From positions 1-35,345 of IMG/VR virus record IMGVR_UViG_3300020426_000016: a stretch of DNA of 35,345 nt. The stretch is one strand, 5' to 3'. The translations under genes were made by a program, and so were the position numbers. The stretch comes from a virus. Lineage: Duplodnaviria > Caudoviricetes. Below, piece after piece: positions 17,931 to 26,324 of this stretch; the first letter of the stretch is position 1; the number at the start of each line of letters is the position of its first letter. The notes under the pieces were generated by a model. It was not told where the DNA came from, made no database searches, and was given only the letters and a program-made list of their open reading frames with translations.

Positions 17931-19473
17931 AACGGAACTTAAAGAGGCTAAAGAGCGGTATTTCGAGTTATCGAAAATGATTAGGCTGGCCACTTATGAA
18001 AGTTTGGTCAAGGAAACCGCTGACGAGCAAGAAGCCCGTATAAAGCACTTATTGAAACCCGAAAACTATATCGAATATTTTGATTATTACTATGGGATCA
18101 ATTCAGGATTACCGCTTGCTGATGCGCCTTCTTCCAGTTTTCACCTGGAGTCTTATATCAAGGTTTATAACGATCCTTTTATTAGACAGTTACGCAGATG
18201 GTTCCGGGGAGGTGCCAAGTCCATACATAGCAACGTTGGGAATGTTACTCACCTAAAGCAAAATGATTTAATGAATTTTCTTGCGCTTATTGGGCGTAAC
18301 GAGAATATGGCCAAGATTCTTTTACAGGATGTACAAATGCACCTTGAGAGTAACGAACGTTTTATTAAGGATTTTGGAATGCAGCTTAGTTACGGAAATT
18401 GGGCTGATGGTCAATTTCAGACCAAAGACAATAAAAACTTTTTAGCCAAAGGCCTTAACCAACCCTTTAGGGGGTTACGATTTGGGGCGGATAGAATTGA
18501 CCTTGCTATCGTTGACGATGTAGAAGATCGTGACCAGGCTAAAAATAAAGATATGGTTCGCAAATATGGTGACAAGATTGTTGGCGACCTGGTTAAAGCT
18601 TTCCATTTTAAAAGAGGTCGCCTAATAGTTCCTCAAAACTATATAGTTAAGGACGGGATCAACGATTATATCCTTAAAAAGTTTAAAAATTCAAAACACC
18701 TTGATGTTTCAACGGTCAACCTGACCGACAAGGACGGCAACCCGAGTTGGCCGGAACGCATGACCAAAGAAGATACCGACCGGATCAATGCGGACACTGA
18801 TTATTACACCTCACAACGGGAGGACTATAATAACCCTATCGAGGAAGGAAAGCTTTTTAAATCCCACCAGATGATTAAAAGAAAAGTTCACGGCAATGAG
18901 AGCTGGGACGGCTTTATCGTGCATTGGGATTTAAGTTACACCAGCAATGGGGATTATAAAGCCGGGGTTCTAATTGGTGTACAGGGAATCCGAATGACAG
19001 TTCTGGAGGTCTTCTGTCAAAGATGCAGTATTAACAGTGCAATGGAAGAGCACTTTAAATGGATTTTCAAATATAAGATTAAAGGTTATACCCCGCTATC
19101 CTTTTATGATGCTACAGCCGCTCAGTTGGCAGTCTACTCGCCGATTATTGAGCAATGTGCTGAGGATAACCAATGTCCCGACCTTCCTATTGGAAAACAC
19201 CAACAAGGGGACAAACACAATAAAATTGAAGCCACTGTGGGCAATGCACTACAAAGAAAAATACTCTATTGGGATGCTCGATTAGAAGGCGATGATTACG
19301 AGGAATTTATGAGCCAGGTACTATCCTTTGAAAAAGGAACGACCGGTAATGATGATGCGCCAGATACCTTATGTCATGGAATTCTTAATTGTCAGATTTA
19401 TTATGGTTTCTCTAAAGATCAAGGCAAGTCTAAACCAGTGATAGGTAAGAAAAACAAAAAACGCCGCTTATGA
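17923..19473 (+). CDS. terL: Terminase large subunit
   Basis: Walker A-like FRGGAKS, FRGLR...AIVDDVED Walker B, nuclease motifs WDLSY and NDDAPD. Confidence 0.9.
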   Translation: MTKTELKEAKERYFELSKMIRLATYESLVKETADEQEARIKHLLKPENYIEYFDYYYGINSGLPLADAPSSSFHLESYIKVYNDPFIRQLRRWFRGGAKSIHSNVGNVTHLKQNDLMNFLALIGRNENMAKILLQDVQMHLESNERFIKDFGMQLSYGNWADGQFQTKDNKNFLAKGLNQPFRGLRFGADRIDLAIVDDVEDRDQAKNKDMVRKYGDKIVGDLVKAFHFKRGRLIVPQNYIVKDGINDYILKKFKNSKHLDVSTVNLTDKDGNPSWPERMTKEDTDRINADTDYYTSQREDYNNPIEEGKLFKSHQMIKRKVHGNESWDGFIVHWDLSYTSNGDYKAGVLIGVQGIRMTVLEVFCQRCSINSAMEEHFKWIFKYKIKGYTPLSFYDATAAQLAVYSPIIEQCAEDNQCPDLPIGKHQQGDKHNKIEATVGNALQRKILYWDARLEGDDYEEFMSQVLSFEKGTTGNDDAPDTLCHGILNCQIYYGFSKDQGKSKPVIGKKNKKRRL

Positions 19474-19922
19474 CACCACGAAAGGAATTGTATTTAGCCT
19501 TAAAAGAAGCACTGGCCAGTATCACACAACTGGAGCTTGTTGATTATTACCGCAATCAGTTTAAAGATGAAGACTGGACAGCGGCTTTTATCCGCATTAA
19601 TACGGTGAATTGGGAAACCATGACCGGCAGGAACCAGGAGGGAAAATGTAGCGTGGATATATTGTTTTATAGCCGTGATGGTTGGATGGATCAGCACCAA
19701 CTTACCGACGATCAGGAAGGCGGATTAATGGAAATCGATCTTATTGATACCATTGTGGATAAAATTCAATTTTTAAAAGGCCAACAATTTACCAGCCTGG
19801 AGCAAAAAGACGAGGAAGACCAGGACGAAGGCTTACCAAATATTATGAGTTACCGGTTAAGCTTTGAAACCACACTATATCGAAAGCTCCAATCCAAATA
19901 CACGAATCGAATTAGAAACTAA
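19470..19922 (+). CDS. Tail terminator/completion protein (Mu gp37-like)
   Basis: 150 aa, acidic; VDYYRNQF...AAFIRI...YRLSFET pattern and context. Confidence 0.55.
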   Translation: MTPRKELYLALKEALASITQLELVDYYRNQFKDEDWTAAFIRINTVNWETMTGRNQEGKCSVDILFYSRDGWMDQHQLTDDQEGGLMEIDLIDTIVDKIQFLKGQQFTSLEQKDEEDQDEGLPNIMSYRLSFETTLYRKLQSKYTNRIRN

Positions 19923-19933
19923 TTGCTTTATCC

Positions 19934-20365
19934 ATGTTTTTAACTAAAGAAGAATTAAAGACCGGTATTACGGTTAAAAGTATTGATTTAATCACCAATA
20001 GCAGTGATACGACTGTCAACGATCTTATCCAAGAAAACATTGACCTGATTAAAAACTACCTGTTCAAATACTATGATGTAGCGGCCATATTTTCGGCTAC
20101 CGGTGATTCGAGATCCCGAATTATCCTGAAGCATTTAAAAATGCTCGTGATCTATGATTTACTGATGATCCGTAAAATGGATATCTCTGAAGAACAGGAA
20201 AAGAAGTATGACGAGGCCATGGGTTGGCTTGAAAAAATTGCTATGGGAAAGATCGAGGCAGATTTACCGCGTAAACAAGTAGACACCGATGGTGATGGTA
20301 ACCCGGATTCCAGTTCTACCTTTATGAAACTTGGTAGCCGTAAGAATTATAAAAACCACTTTTAA
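19934..20365 (+). CDS. Head-tail adaptor (Mu gp36 / DUF1320-like)
   Basis: YL...YD..AIF, KKYDEAMGWLEKIAMGK and ADLP. Confidence 0.8.
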   Translation: MFLTKEELKTGITVKSIDLITNSSDTTVNDLIQENIDLIKNYLFKYYDVAAIFSATGDSRSRIILKHLKMLVIYDLLMIRKMDISEEQEKKYDEAMGWLEKIAMGKIEADLPRKQVDTDGDGNPDSSSTFMKLGSRKNYKNHF

Positions 20366-20859
20366 TGGCTACAAAAGACATTAAAGAACTTCAGAAGCTA
20401 CTCAATAAAGGGATGAAGGTAATGCCGGAAAAGCTCCCAAAGATTATCGAGGTTGAAGGATTACAGTTTATCGAAAAGAACTTCAGGGATGAAGGCTTTA
20501 ACGATGGCAGTTTAAAAAAGTGGAAAAAACGAAAGACCAGGGACTCTGGAGGAAGAGATTTAACCCGGTACCGTACTAACCGGGTGGGACGAAAAGGCAA
20601 TTTGAACCGGTACGGGAGCAAAGTAAAAGACCGGGCATTGTTGGTAGGCCATGCCACCGGTGGGGACAAATTAAAAAACTCTTTTAGAGCCCGGCGGAAT
20701 TCCCGCCAAGTTCGGTTTATCACTTATAAAGGCTATGCCAGACGGCACAATGAGGGCTTAAAAGGAATGCCACAACGGCAATTTATGGGGCAATCCAAAA
20801 CCCTGACCCAGCAAATTGAGAAAAAGCTAACCAAAGAATTAGACAAGATTTTTAAATAA
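20365..20859 (+). CDS. Virion morphogenesis protein (Mu gpG-like)
   Basis: NFRDEGF...W..RK, L...G.LKNS and YARRHNEG..MPQRQFMG. Confidence 0.8.
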   Translation: MATKDIKELQKLLNKGMKVMPEKLPKIIEVEGLQFIEKNFRDEGFNDGSLKKWKKRKTRDSGGRDLTRYRTNRVGRKGNLNRYGSKVKDRALLVGHATGGDKLKNSFRARRNSRQVRFITYKGYARRHNEGLKGMPQRQFMGQSKTLTQQIEKKLTKELDKIFK

Positions 20860-20869
20860 GAAATTGATT

Positions 20870-22111
20870 ATGAGCAAGACCAGAGCCAATACCGTGAATT
20901 TATCCGGGAATGCAGTAAAGAAAGTAAGCCTTAGCGGCAATAAAGCCAAGGATATTCAAAAGGTAACCAATTTAATGGTCGATGTGGTACGCCGCCAGCG
21001 AAGACTTTGGCGAAAAGAAATAAACGACTGGCAGGCCGGAAGGTTTGCCCTGTACCATTCTGAACTTCCCCGAACCTATCCCATGCAGGAAGTTAACGAG
21101 GACATCATGCTCGATGGGCATCTAACAGGTATTACTGAAAACCGCACCCTTAGAACCACGAACAAGCAATATATTTTTGCCATTGATGGCATTAAGGATG
21201 ATAAACTGAGTGAATTTATTACCGATCAGGAGTGGTTTGAATTTATTACCGATGAAGCCCATAAATCAACCTATTACGGGTATTCTTTACTTTGGGTAAA
21301 AGAGTATGTACCTGGACAAATTAAAGAAGTGGAGCTTATCCCCAGGGGTTTGGTGATTCCTCAAAAAAAGGTATTGCTCTACAGCTACGATGCCGACCGT
21401 GGTATTGATTTTTCCGAGATTGACGATATCTTGATCTATGCGCAATTTTATGGCCATGTGGGGCTTTTGGAAAAAGCCGCACCATACGCCATTTTAAAAA
21501 GACATTCATGGGGTTCCTGGGATGAATTTGAGGAATTATTTGGAATTCCTATCCGTATCGCTAAAATAGCCTCACAAAGTGAAACCGTGAAGAATGAAGT
21601 AGCCGGATGGTTGGAAGATATGGGATCAGCTCCCTACGGTGTTTTTCCAATTGGCACCGAGGTCGACATTAAAGAAAACTCTAAAACAGATTCCTTTCAG
21701 GTTTTTTATAAGAAAATTGAAGCCCTGGACAAAGAGCTATCTAAATTGGTACTTCACCAAACCATGACCACTGAAAACGGAAGTTCCAAAGCTCAGGGCA
21801 GTGTTCATGAAAATACGCTCGGCGAAGTGGTTTATGCCGATGAAAAGAAAATGCTGGCATTTCTAAACCGTCGTTTGGTACCGGCTATGCGAAAGCTTGG
21901 TTATAACATCCCGGACAATGCAAAAATCATTGTAGAGAAAACAACTGATCCCAATAAACAAATCGATATCGATGGGGTACTACTTAAAAATGGGGTGAAG
22001 CTTAGTAAAAATTACATCGAGGAAACTTACGGCGTGGAAGTGGAAGCCATTACGGACAATGCTCCAGACCAGGACGAAGAAGAGGAAGAGGACACCACGG
22101 GAAAGCCCTAA
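20870..22111 (+). CDS. Portal protein (Mu gp29 / DUF935-like)
   Basis: DGHLTG, YYGYSL, WDEFEELFGIPIRIAK, ELSKLVLHQTMTT, SSKAQGSVHE and YIEETYGV; ATG at 20870. Confidence 0.9.
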   Translation: MSKTRANTVNLSGNAVKKVSLSGNKAKDIQKVTNLMVDVVRRQRRLWRKEINDWQAGRFALYHSELPRTYPMQEVNEDIMLDGHLTGITENRTLRTTNKQYIFAIDGIKDDKLSEFITDQEWFEFITDEAHKSTYYGYSLLWVKEYVPGQIKEVELIPRGLVIPQKKVLLYSYDADRGIDFSEIDDILIYAQFYGHVGLLEKAAPYAILKRHSWGSWDEFEELFGIPIRIAKIASQSETVKNEVAGWLEDMGSAPYGVFPIGTEVDIKENSKTDSFQVFYKKIEALDKELSKLVLHQTMTTENGSSKAQGSVHENTLGEVVYADEKKMLAFLNRRLVPAMRKLGYNIPDNAKIIVEKTTDPNKQIDIDGVLLKNGVKLSKNYIEETYGVEVEAITDNAPDQDEEEEEDTTGKP

Positions 22112-22138
22112 GCCTGCTAAGGTTGCATTATCGTAGCA
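22099..22138 (+). other. Candidate -1 programmed frameshift site joining portal to MuF
   Basis: G GGA AAG in the portal frame (22099-22105), just before the stop. The -1 frame (GCC CTA AGC CTG CTA AGG TTG CAT) runs without a stop into the MuF ORF. Possible hairpin TGCTA..TAGCA at 22115-22138. Confidence 0.7.
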
Positions 22139-23394
22139 AATGTTCCCATACTCCTACGATACAACTTGCAAAGCAAGACCAGCATTTTAGCGGGCTTATA
22201 GAGGAATATGTCAGGGAGCTTTTTGACGAGCGCCAATTATCTGAAGGTACCCGAAATAAACTTTGGCAGTATTATTATGATGAATTATCGGACGGGGTGG
22301 ATATTGGTTACTCCCCGGAACTGGAGCAATACGACCCGGAGCTTGCAGCCAGGTTAAAGTATAACATTGCCGAATTTTCCGCTTTTAAGGAAACCTCTTT
22401 TAAGAAACAACTGGAGGGACTCCTTACCAAAAACGGAAAAATACAGCCCTGGTCTACATTCAAGAAAGAAGCTTTAAAAGTATCCGGTGATTACAATGTA
22501 CGCTGGTTAAAAACAGAATATCACCAGACCGTTGCCACGGCAAACATGGCCGGAAAATGGAAAGATTTTGAAGCCAATAAAGACCTGTACCCGAATTTAA
22601 AGTATGTAACCGCCGGAGATAACCGGGTAAGGGAAGAACACCGCCAATGGGACGGACTGGTATTGCCTATTAATCATCCCTGGTGGGCTACGCATTTTCC
22701 GCCTCAGGATTGGGGCTGTAGATGTGGAGCCGTACAAACCGATGAAGAAGTGAGTACGGATATTCCAGGCGGTGAAGCTAAGAAAGGATTTGCGAACAAT
22801 GCCGGTTTATCCGGTGAAGTGTTTACCGATATTGCCTATAAAGATGGGCTTAGCGATACGGAAATCGACCAGGCAACGGCAACGGCCAATAGATTATTTA
22901 AACGGGATACCAGGCTTAAAGATTTCAAAACCTATAAGGATGATCCGGGATTTACCGATGTGAAATTCAACGAAGAAAACAGCGGTTTAAAAGCAACCCA
23001 TAAACTACATAATTTCGATAAGCGTACCGGTAAGTATGAAAAGCATGTACGGGATTTATTTTTTAACCAGGGCGATAAGATCGAGCTGGCCAAAGAGCTG
23101 GCCGCAAAAGGGGAAAAAGTTATTGAAGGCGTGAAGAAAGTAGACGGCTATCTAAACAATGCTTCCATCGATATCAGTTCTATTTTAGGAGAGGGAAAAA
23201 ATACGATCTCCAGGGCGTTAAAGCATTCCGCCGAAAAGCCGGCCGATGTGGCCATACTGTATTTCCCGGATGCAAGTAAATTTTCTATGAGTAGGCTTAT
23301 CACCGGAATTAAAAAATACGAGGGAAGGCATGACTTTAGGTTTCAAAAGATCATTTATATAGTAGATGACAAAATCAGGGAAATAAAGCCATAA
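22123..23394 (+). CDS. MuF (gpF) minor head protein with C-terminal CdiA-like PD-(D/E)xK toxin domain
   Basis: WLKTEY, YPNLKYVTAGDNRVREEH, HPWW..HFPPQDWGCRC = MuF. Extension with E...VDGYLN..SIDISSI...AILYF resembles CdiA C-terminal tRNase-type folds. Only a TTG start is available. Confidence 0.8.
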   Translation: MHYRSKCSHTPTIQLAKQDQHFSGLIEEYVRELFDERQLSEGTRNKLWQYYYDELSDGVDIGYSPELEQYDPELAARLKYNIAEFSAFKETSFKKQLEGLLTKNGKIQPWSTFKKEALKVSGDYNVRWLKTEYHQTVATANMAGKWKDFEANKDLYPNLKYVTAGDNRVREEHRQWDGLVLPINHPWWATHFPPQDWGCRCGAVQTDEEVSTDIPGGEAKKGFANNAGLSGEVFTDIAYKDGLSDTEIDQATATANRLFKRDTRLKDFKTYKDDPGFTDVKFNEENSGLKATHKLHNFDKRTGKYEKHVRDLFFNQGDKIELAKELAAKGEKVIEGVKKVDGYLNNASIDISSILGEGKNTISRALKHSAEKPADVAILYFPDASKFSMSRLITGIKKYEGRHDFRFQKIIYIVDDKIREIKP

Positions 23395-23465
23395 AAAAAC
23401 CGCCAACGGCTTAGAAAGCTTTTGGCGGTTGGAGCAATCCGCGGCAAAATGCCTACGGTCTGCAT
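23393..23465 (-). ncRNA. Putative small RNA: tRNA-acceptor-like minihelix + UCCA + terminator, convergent with muF
   Basis: The minus strand reads GCAGACCGUAGGCAUUUUGCCGCGGAUUGC-UCCA-ACCGCCAA...UUGGCGG-U7, directly downstream of TATATTTG (23476-23469). Confidence 0.6.
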
Positions 23466-23468
23466 TGG

Positions 23469-23501
23469 CAAATATACAAATAGTTTTAAATATCGTTGCA
23501 A
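23469..23501 (-). promoter_or_regulatory. Promoter for the minihelix RNA
   Basis: TATATTTG (23476-23469), with TTG at 23501-23499 (22-nt spacer). Confidence 0.6.
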
Positions 23502-23507
23502 TGGTAT

Positions 23508-23690
23508 TTAATCGGCATATACACCCTCAAATTTAATAATGGCATCGATGGTACGGGGGGAAAGGAAAAACTCCTTTTCGGCTTCCTGCAAAAGGGCATC
23601 CCATCGCCATTGCGGATGTTTACGCTCCAGGCAGGAAAAATAATCCCTGATTTTTTGGTTTCTGGCTTTAATACGATCTGGACGGCTCAT
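23508..23690 (-). CDS. Small HTH protein (Mor/C-like DNA-binding domain), probably leaderless
   Basis: RNQKIRDYF...AEKEFFLSPRTIDAII; ATG lies 5 nt after a consensus promoter. Confidence 0.65.
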   Translation of the reverse strand: MSRPDRIKARNQKIRDYFSCLERKHPQWRWDALLQEAEKEFFLSPRTIDAIIKFEGVYAD

Positions 23691-23695
23691 ACCGC

Positions 23696-23726
23696 CAAAA
23701 TTAACGTCTTTTAAGATAACGGCAAA
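23696..23726 (-). promoter_or_regulatory. Consensus promoter for the small HTH gene
   Basis: TTTG (23726-23723), 19 nt, TAATTTTG (23703-23696). Confidence 0.75.
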
Positions 23727-23742
23727 AAACTTGTTAAAGCAT

Positions 23743-23776
23743 AAAAAAAGCCCCCTGAAATTAACCAGGGGGCTTT
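23743..23776 (-). terminator. Intrinsic terminator closing the moron/early transcript
   Basis: AAAGCCCCCTG/CAGGGGGCTTT stem with A7 on the left (U7 on the minus strand). Confidence 0.8.
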
Positions 23777-23793
23777 ACTACTTGTATTATAAG

Positions 23794-24453
23794 TTATAGA
23801 CTTTCATAAATATCTAAAGTACGCTTTATAATAGCTTGTTCCTTAGCTGTTAAATTTCGATCCTTGTGGTATTGAGTACCAATATATCTAATTTTAGGAT
23901 TCTTCGATAGTGCAATATCCCTTAGCATTTTAATTTCAGATTCACGAGCTGGCATATCGTACCACTCCCAAATTACGGAGTTATGATCTCTCTCAAAATT
24001 CGCTTTAAGATCATAATCATTATAATCTGTCTTAACTTTAATTTGCTTTATAAAAAGCCAATCATCGGCAGTATATTGAAATTTTAGTCTTAAAAAATAA
24101 CGATCTTGTTTTTCTCCTATGTATGGGTAAACAAAGTTCCTGTTGGTATAAGCTGGTGTTCTATTATCCTGATAAAAAACCAGCCCTTCAAAATCATCTT
24201 TTTCAGTTCTAAAATTTTTCAATTCATTCAGAGCTTCAGATCGTTTTGCAGTTGCAATACTGTCTGAAATTCTTTTTTCTTCGGCTGCTTTTTCTTCAGC
24301 AGCTTTAATATCTTTTGCACTTACGATCTCTTCTTTTGCATCATTATTTGATTGAGTATCGGTTGTGAAGGCAACGAAAACTCCGATTAAGAAGAAAATA
24401 CCGATTAATCCAAAGAAACCAATTATGCCCCATTTAAGTAATTTTTTTATCAT
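23794..24453 (-). CDS. Membrane-anchored accessory protein (moron)
   Basis: N-terminal TM, charged linker, globular domain (DDFEG...YTADDWLFI...WEWYD); own -7 box and terminator; AT-rich. Confidence 0.7.
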   Translation of the reverse strand: MIKKLLKWGIIGFFGLIGIFFLIGVFVAFTTDTQSNNDAKEEIVSAKDIKAAEEKAAEEKRISDSIATAKRSEALNELKNFRTEKDDFEGLVFYQDNRTPAYTNRNFVYPYIGEKQDRYFLRLKFQYTADDWLFIKQIKVKTDYNDYDLKANFERDHNSVIWEWYDMPARESEIKMLRDIALSKNPKIRYIGTQYHKDRNLTAKEQAIIKRTLDIYESL

Positions 24454-24488
24454 TTTTTTGCTTTTAAGTTTATGAATGAGATTATTTA

Positions 24489-24496
24489 CAAATATA
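24489..24496 (-). promoter_or_regulatory. -7 promoter element for the moron
   Basis: TATATTTG about 35 nt upstream of the ATG; no clear -33 element. Confidence 0.5.
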
Positions 24497-24506
24497 ACGT
24501 CCTTGT

Positions 24507-24635
24507 TTAAAATAAAAATAGGAAAGCAGCAATTAATCCGGCACCAATCATAGCACCAATTAAAATACCTTGCACCATACCGCTTTTAAATCCACATTTA
24601 TAGCCATCGTTAAAAGCTTCCCTAATATATTTCAT
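24507..24635 (-). CDS. Small membrane protein (42 aa), not in ORF track
   Basis: MKYIREAFNDGYKCGFKSGMVQGILIGAMIGAGLIAAFLFLF. Confidence 0.45.
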   Translation of the reverse strand: MKYIREAFNDGYKCGFKSGMVQGILIGAMIGAGLIAAFLFLF

Positions 24636-24692
24636 ACATCTAATTTATTGAGTTGTTTTTATATGAGCATACGGTTTTACGTAATGCATCCA

Positions 24693-25118
24693 CTATAATT
24701 CCTTTCCACAATATAAACATGTATCGTACACCCCAAATACATCACTAAAATGCCTTGTTTTTCTTTGATGATTGCAAGGTTCGTTAGCTTCCAAAGCATT
24801 TATTAATTCCCCTAAATACTTAATATGTTTTTCTAATTCTATGCGATTAAATACTTTGTTTGTACTGATTCTGATTAATTCCGGGCGTTTATCTTCGTGG
24901 CGTATCCCTCTGGGATTTTGTCCTTCCCATAATTCCCAATTAATATCACCGGCATACAGTTGATAGTGTACCAAATCATCCTTAAGCCTATTTTTACTCA
25001 TTTCAGCGTCAATAAATGCTATCAGTCCTTTAGCTAAAGGATTTTTGTTTTCATGCCATCTTTCATCACGAAGTTCTTCGATACCGTTTTTTAGAAACTG
25101 TAAAATGTAATTTTCCAT
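24693..25118 (-). CDS. Hypothetical early protein with C-terminal Zn-ribbon-like motif
   Basis: CNH...CLYCGKEL; A-rich translation start. Confidence 0.6.
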   Translation of the reverse strand: MENYILQFLKNGIEELRDERWHENKNPLAKGLIAFIDAEMSKNRLKDDLVHYQLYAGDINWELWEGQNPRGIRHEDKRPELIRISTNKVFNRIELEKHIKYLGELINALEANEPCNHQRKTRHFSDVFGVYDTCLYCGKEL

Positions 25119-25123
25119 AATTA

Positions 25124-25252
25124 TTAATCTTCAAAACCTAAATCGGTCATTGTTAATCCTTCCCTTTCGCTCAGCCATCCCGTAAAATGTTGGTACCGAC
25201 CATTCTCATCTAAATAGTTTTGAAATAATTCAATTAATTGCTCTTTTTCCAT
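25124..25252 (-). CDS. Small hypothetical protein (42 aa), not in ORF track
   Basis: MEKEQLIELFQNYLDENGRYQHFTGWLSEREGLTMTDLGFED; tightly packed between neighbours. Confidence 0.55.
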   Translation of the reverse strand: MEKEQLIELFQNYLDENGRYQHFTGWLSEREGLTMTDLGFED

Positions 25253-25254
25253 AA

Positions 25255-25410
25255 TTATAAAATCTTGATATTGATTATATGATTAGATACCTTATTAATA
25301 TCTGTTTCTTTTTCTACCTCTACGATTTTGGATTTCTCTACCCAGTAATCGTCCAATAATGGGTGTCCACCATCTACAAGCTCTTTATATACAACTAATG
25401 CTTTAATCAT
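25255..25410 (-). CDS. Small hypothetical protein (51 aa), not in ORF track
   Basis: MIKALVVYKELVDGGHPLLDDYWVEKSKIVEV...; 1-2 nt gaps to both neighbours. Confidence 0.55.
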   Translation of the reverse strand: MIKALVVYKELVDGGHPLLDDYWVEKSKIVEVEKETDINKVSNHIINIKIL

Positions 25411-25411
25411 G

Positions 25412-25864
25412 TTAATCGATTTCTCCTTTGTGCTTTAAATCTTCGTATTCTTTTTTCATAATTGGTGACAGTTCTTTATAGCATTTCTGGCAGAAATAAT
25501 TGCAGTCATCATCTGCCACCATTCCTTCAAGCTCAAACCTTTTTTCACATCCTGTACAAATAGTTAGACAATCGAAGTAATGATTATCTAAATCTTGAAT
25601 AAATGCCATTGCTACAGCAGCTACCTGAATCAGTTCTGCCCGCATATTTTCTAAGACTCTTGTTGTTTCCTTGGAATCATTAAAAGTAAAAGTATAATTT
25701 ATGCCTTCTTGATTTACTTCGCCAACTTCTTCGCCCAAAATCATTAACCACTCCGCTGGATGGTGTTTTCTGTTTGCACCAAACTTTTTATCCTGTCGAA
25801 TACGTTCATTAATACAATCATTGATAATGTCTTCGTGTTCTTTTCTATATTTTTTAACTTCCAT
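25412..25864 (-). CDS. MazG-like NTP pyrophosphohydrolase with C-terminal Zn finger
   Basis: WLMILGEEVGEV...ELIQVAAVA; CTGC...CQKC. Confidence 0.75.
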   Translation of the reverse strand: MEVKKYRKEHEDIINDCINERIRQDKKFGANRKHHPAEWLMILGEEVGEVNQEGINYTFTFNDSKETTRVLENMRAELIQVAAVAMAFIQDLDNHYFDCLTICTGCEKRFELEGMVADDDCNYFCQKCYKELSPIMKKEYEDLKHKGEID

Positions 25865-25865
25865 T

Positions 25866-26324
25866 TTAATATTCGTTATTATAATATTCCTGGTTTATAA
25901 ATGTGGTGGGATAGGCTTTTTGGATGCCCGGATTGAGACGTAGATTATTGTTGTATCTCGGGATGGCCATAAGGGCTTTAATCTTATTTGCTTTAGAAAG
26001 ATTGTTCCATGAGCTCTCTGCCATTTTCTTTTTACCCACCTTGTTATTGTAGGTATTCCAAAAGGCATCGAAAGAAAGGTCTAAATCGGTCTTCTTTATT
26101 TCCAGTTTCGAGGTGATCTCTTTATCCTTTAACCACATGATCGTCATAAGCCGCTCGGTGGCCGGAAAGTTTTTACCGGAAAATAACCATTTCATTTGGG
26201 TGCCATTAAGCTGACCTTCTAAAATAGTGAACGAGTACAGGTCACCGTTTAACCGATATCGAAATTCCCATAATACCGGTGCCTTTCTTCCTTTTACGGT
26301 ATAGGTTACAAATTGCTCTTCCAT
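25866..26324 (-). CDS. Hypothetical protein with replication-protein-like helical C-domain
   Basis: FDAFWNTY..KVGKK.A...W..L...YPTTFINQEYY motif seen in phage replication-associated proteins. Confidence 0.55.
   Translation of the reverse strand: MEEQFVTYTVKGRKAPVLWEFRYRLNGDLYSFTILEGQLNGTQMKWLFSGKNFPATERLMTIMWLKDKEITSKLEIKKTDLDLSFDAFWNTYNNKVGKKKMAESSWNNLSKANKIKALMAIPRYNNNLRLNPGIQKAYPTTFINQEYYNNEY

Noticed and set aside
23496-23714. 72-aa plus-strand ORF as a possible MuF immunity gene
   Set aside because: TTG start, separated from muF by hairpins, and antisense to a better-supported HTH gene with a consensus promoter.
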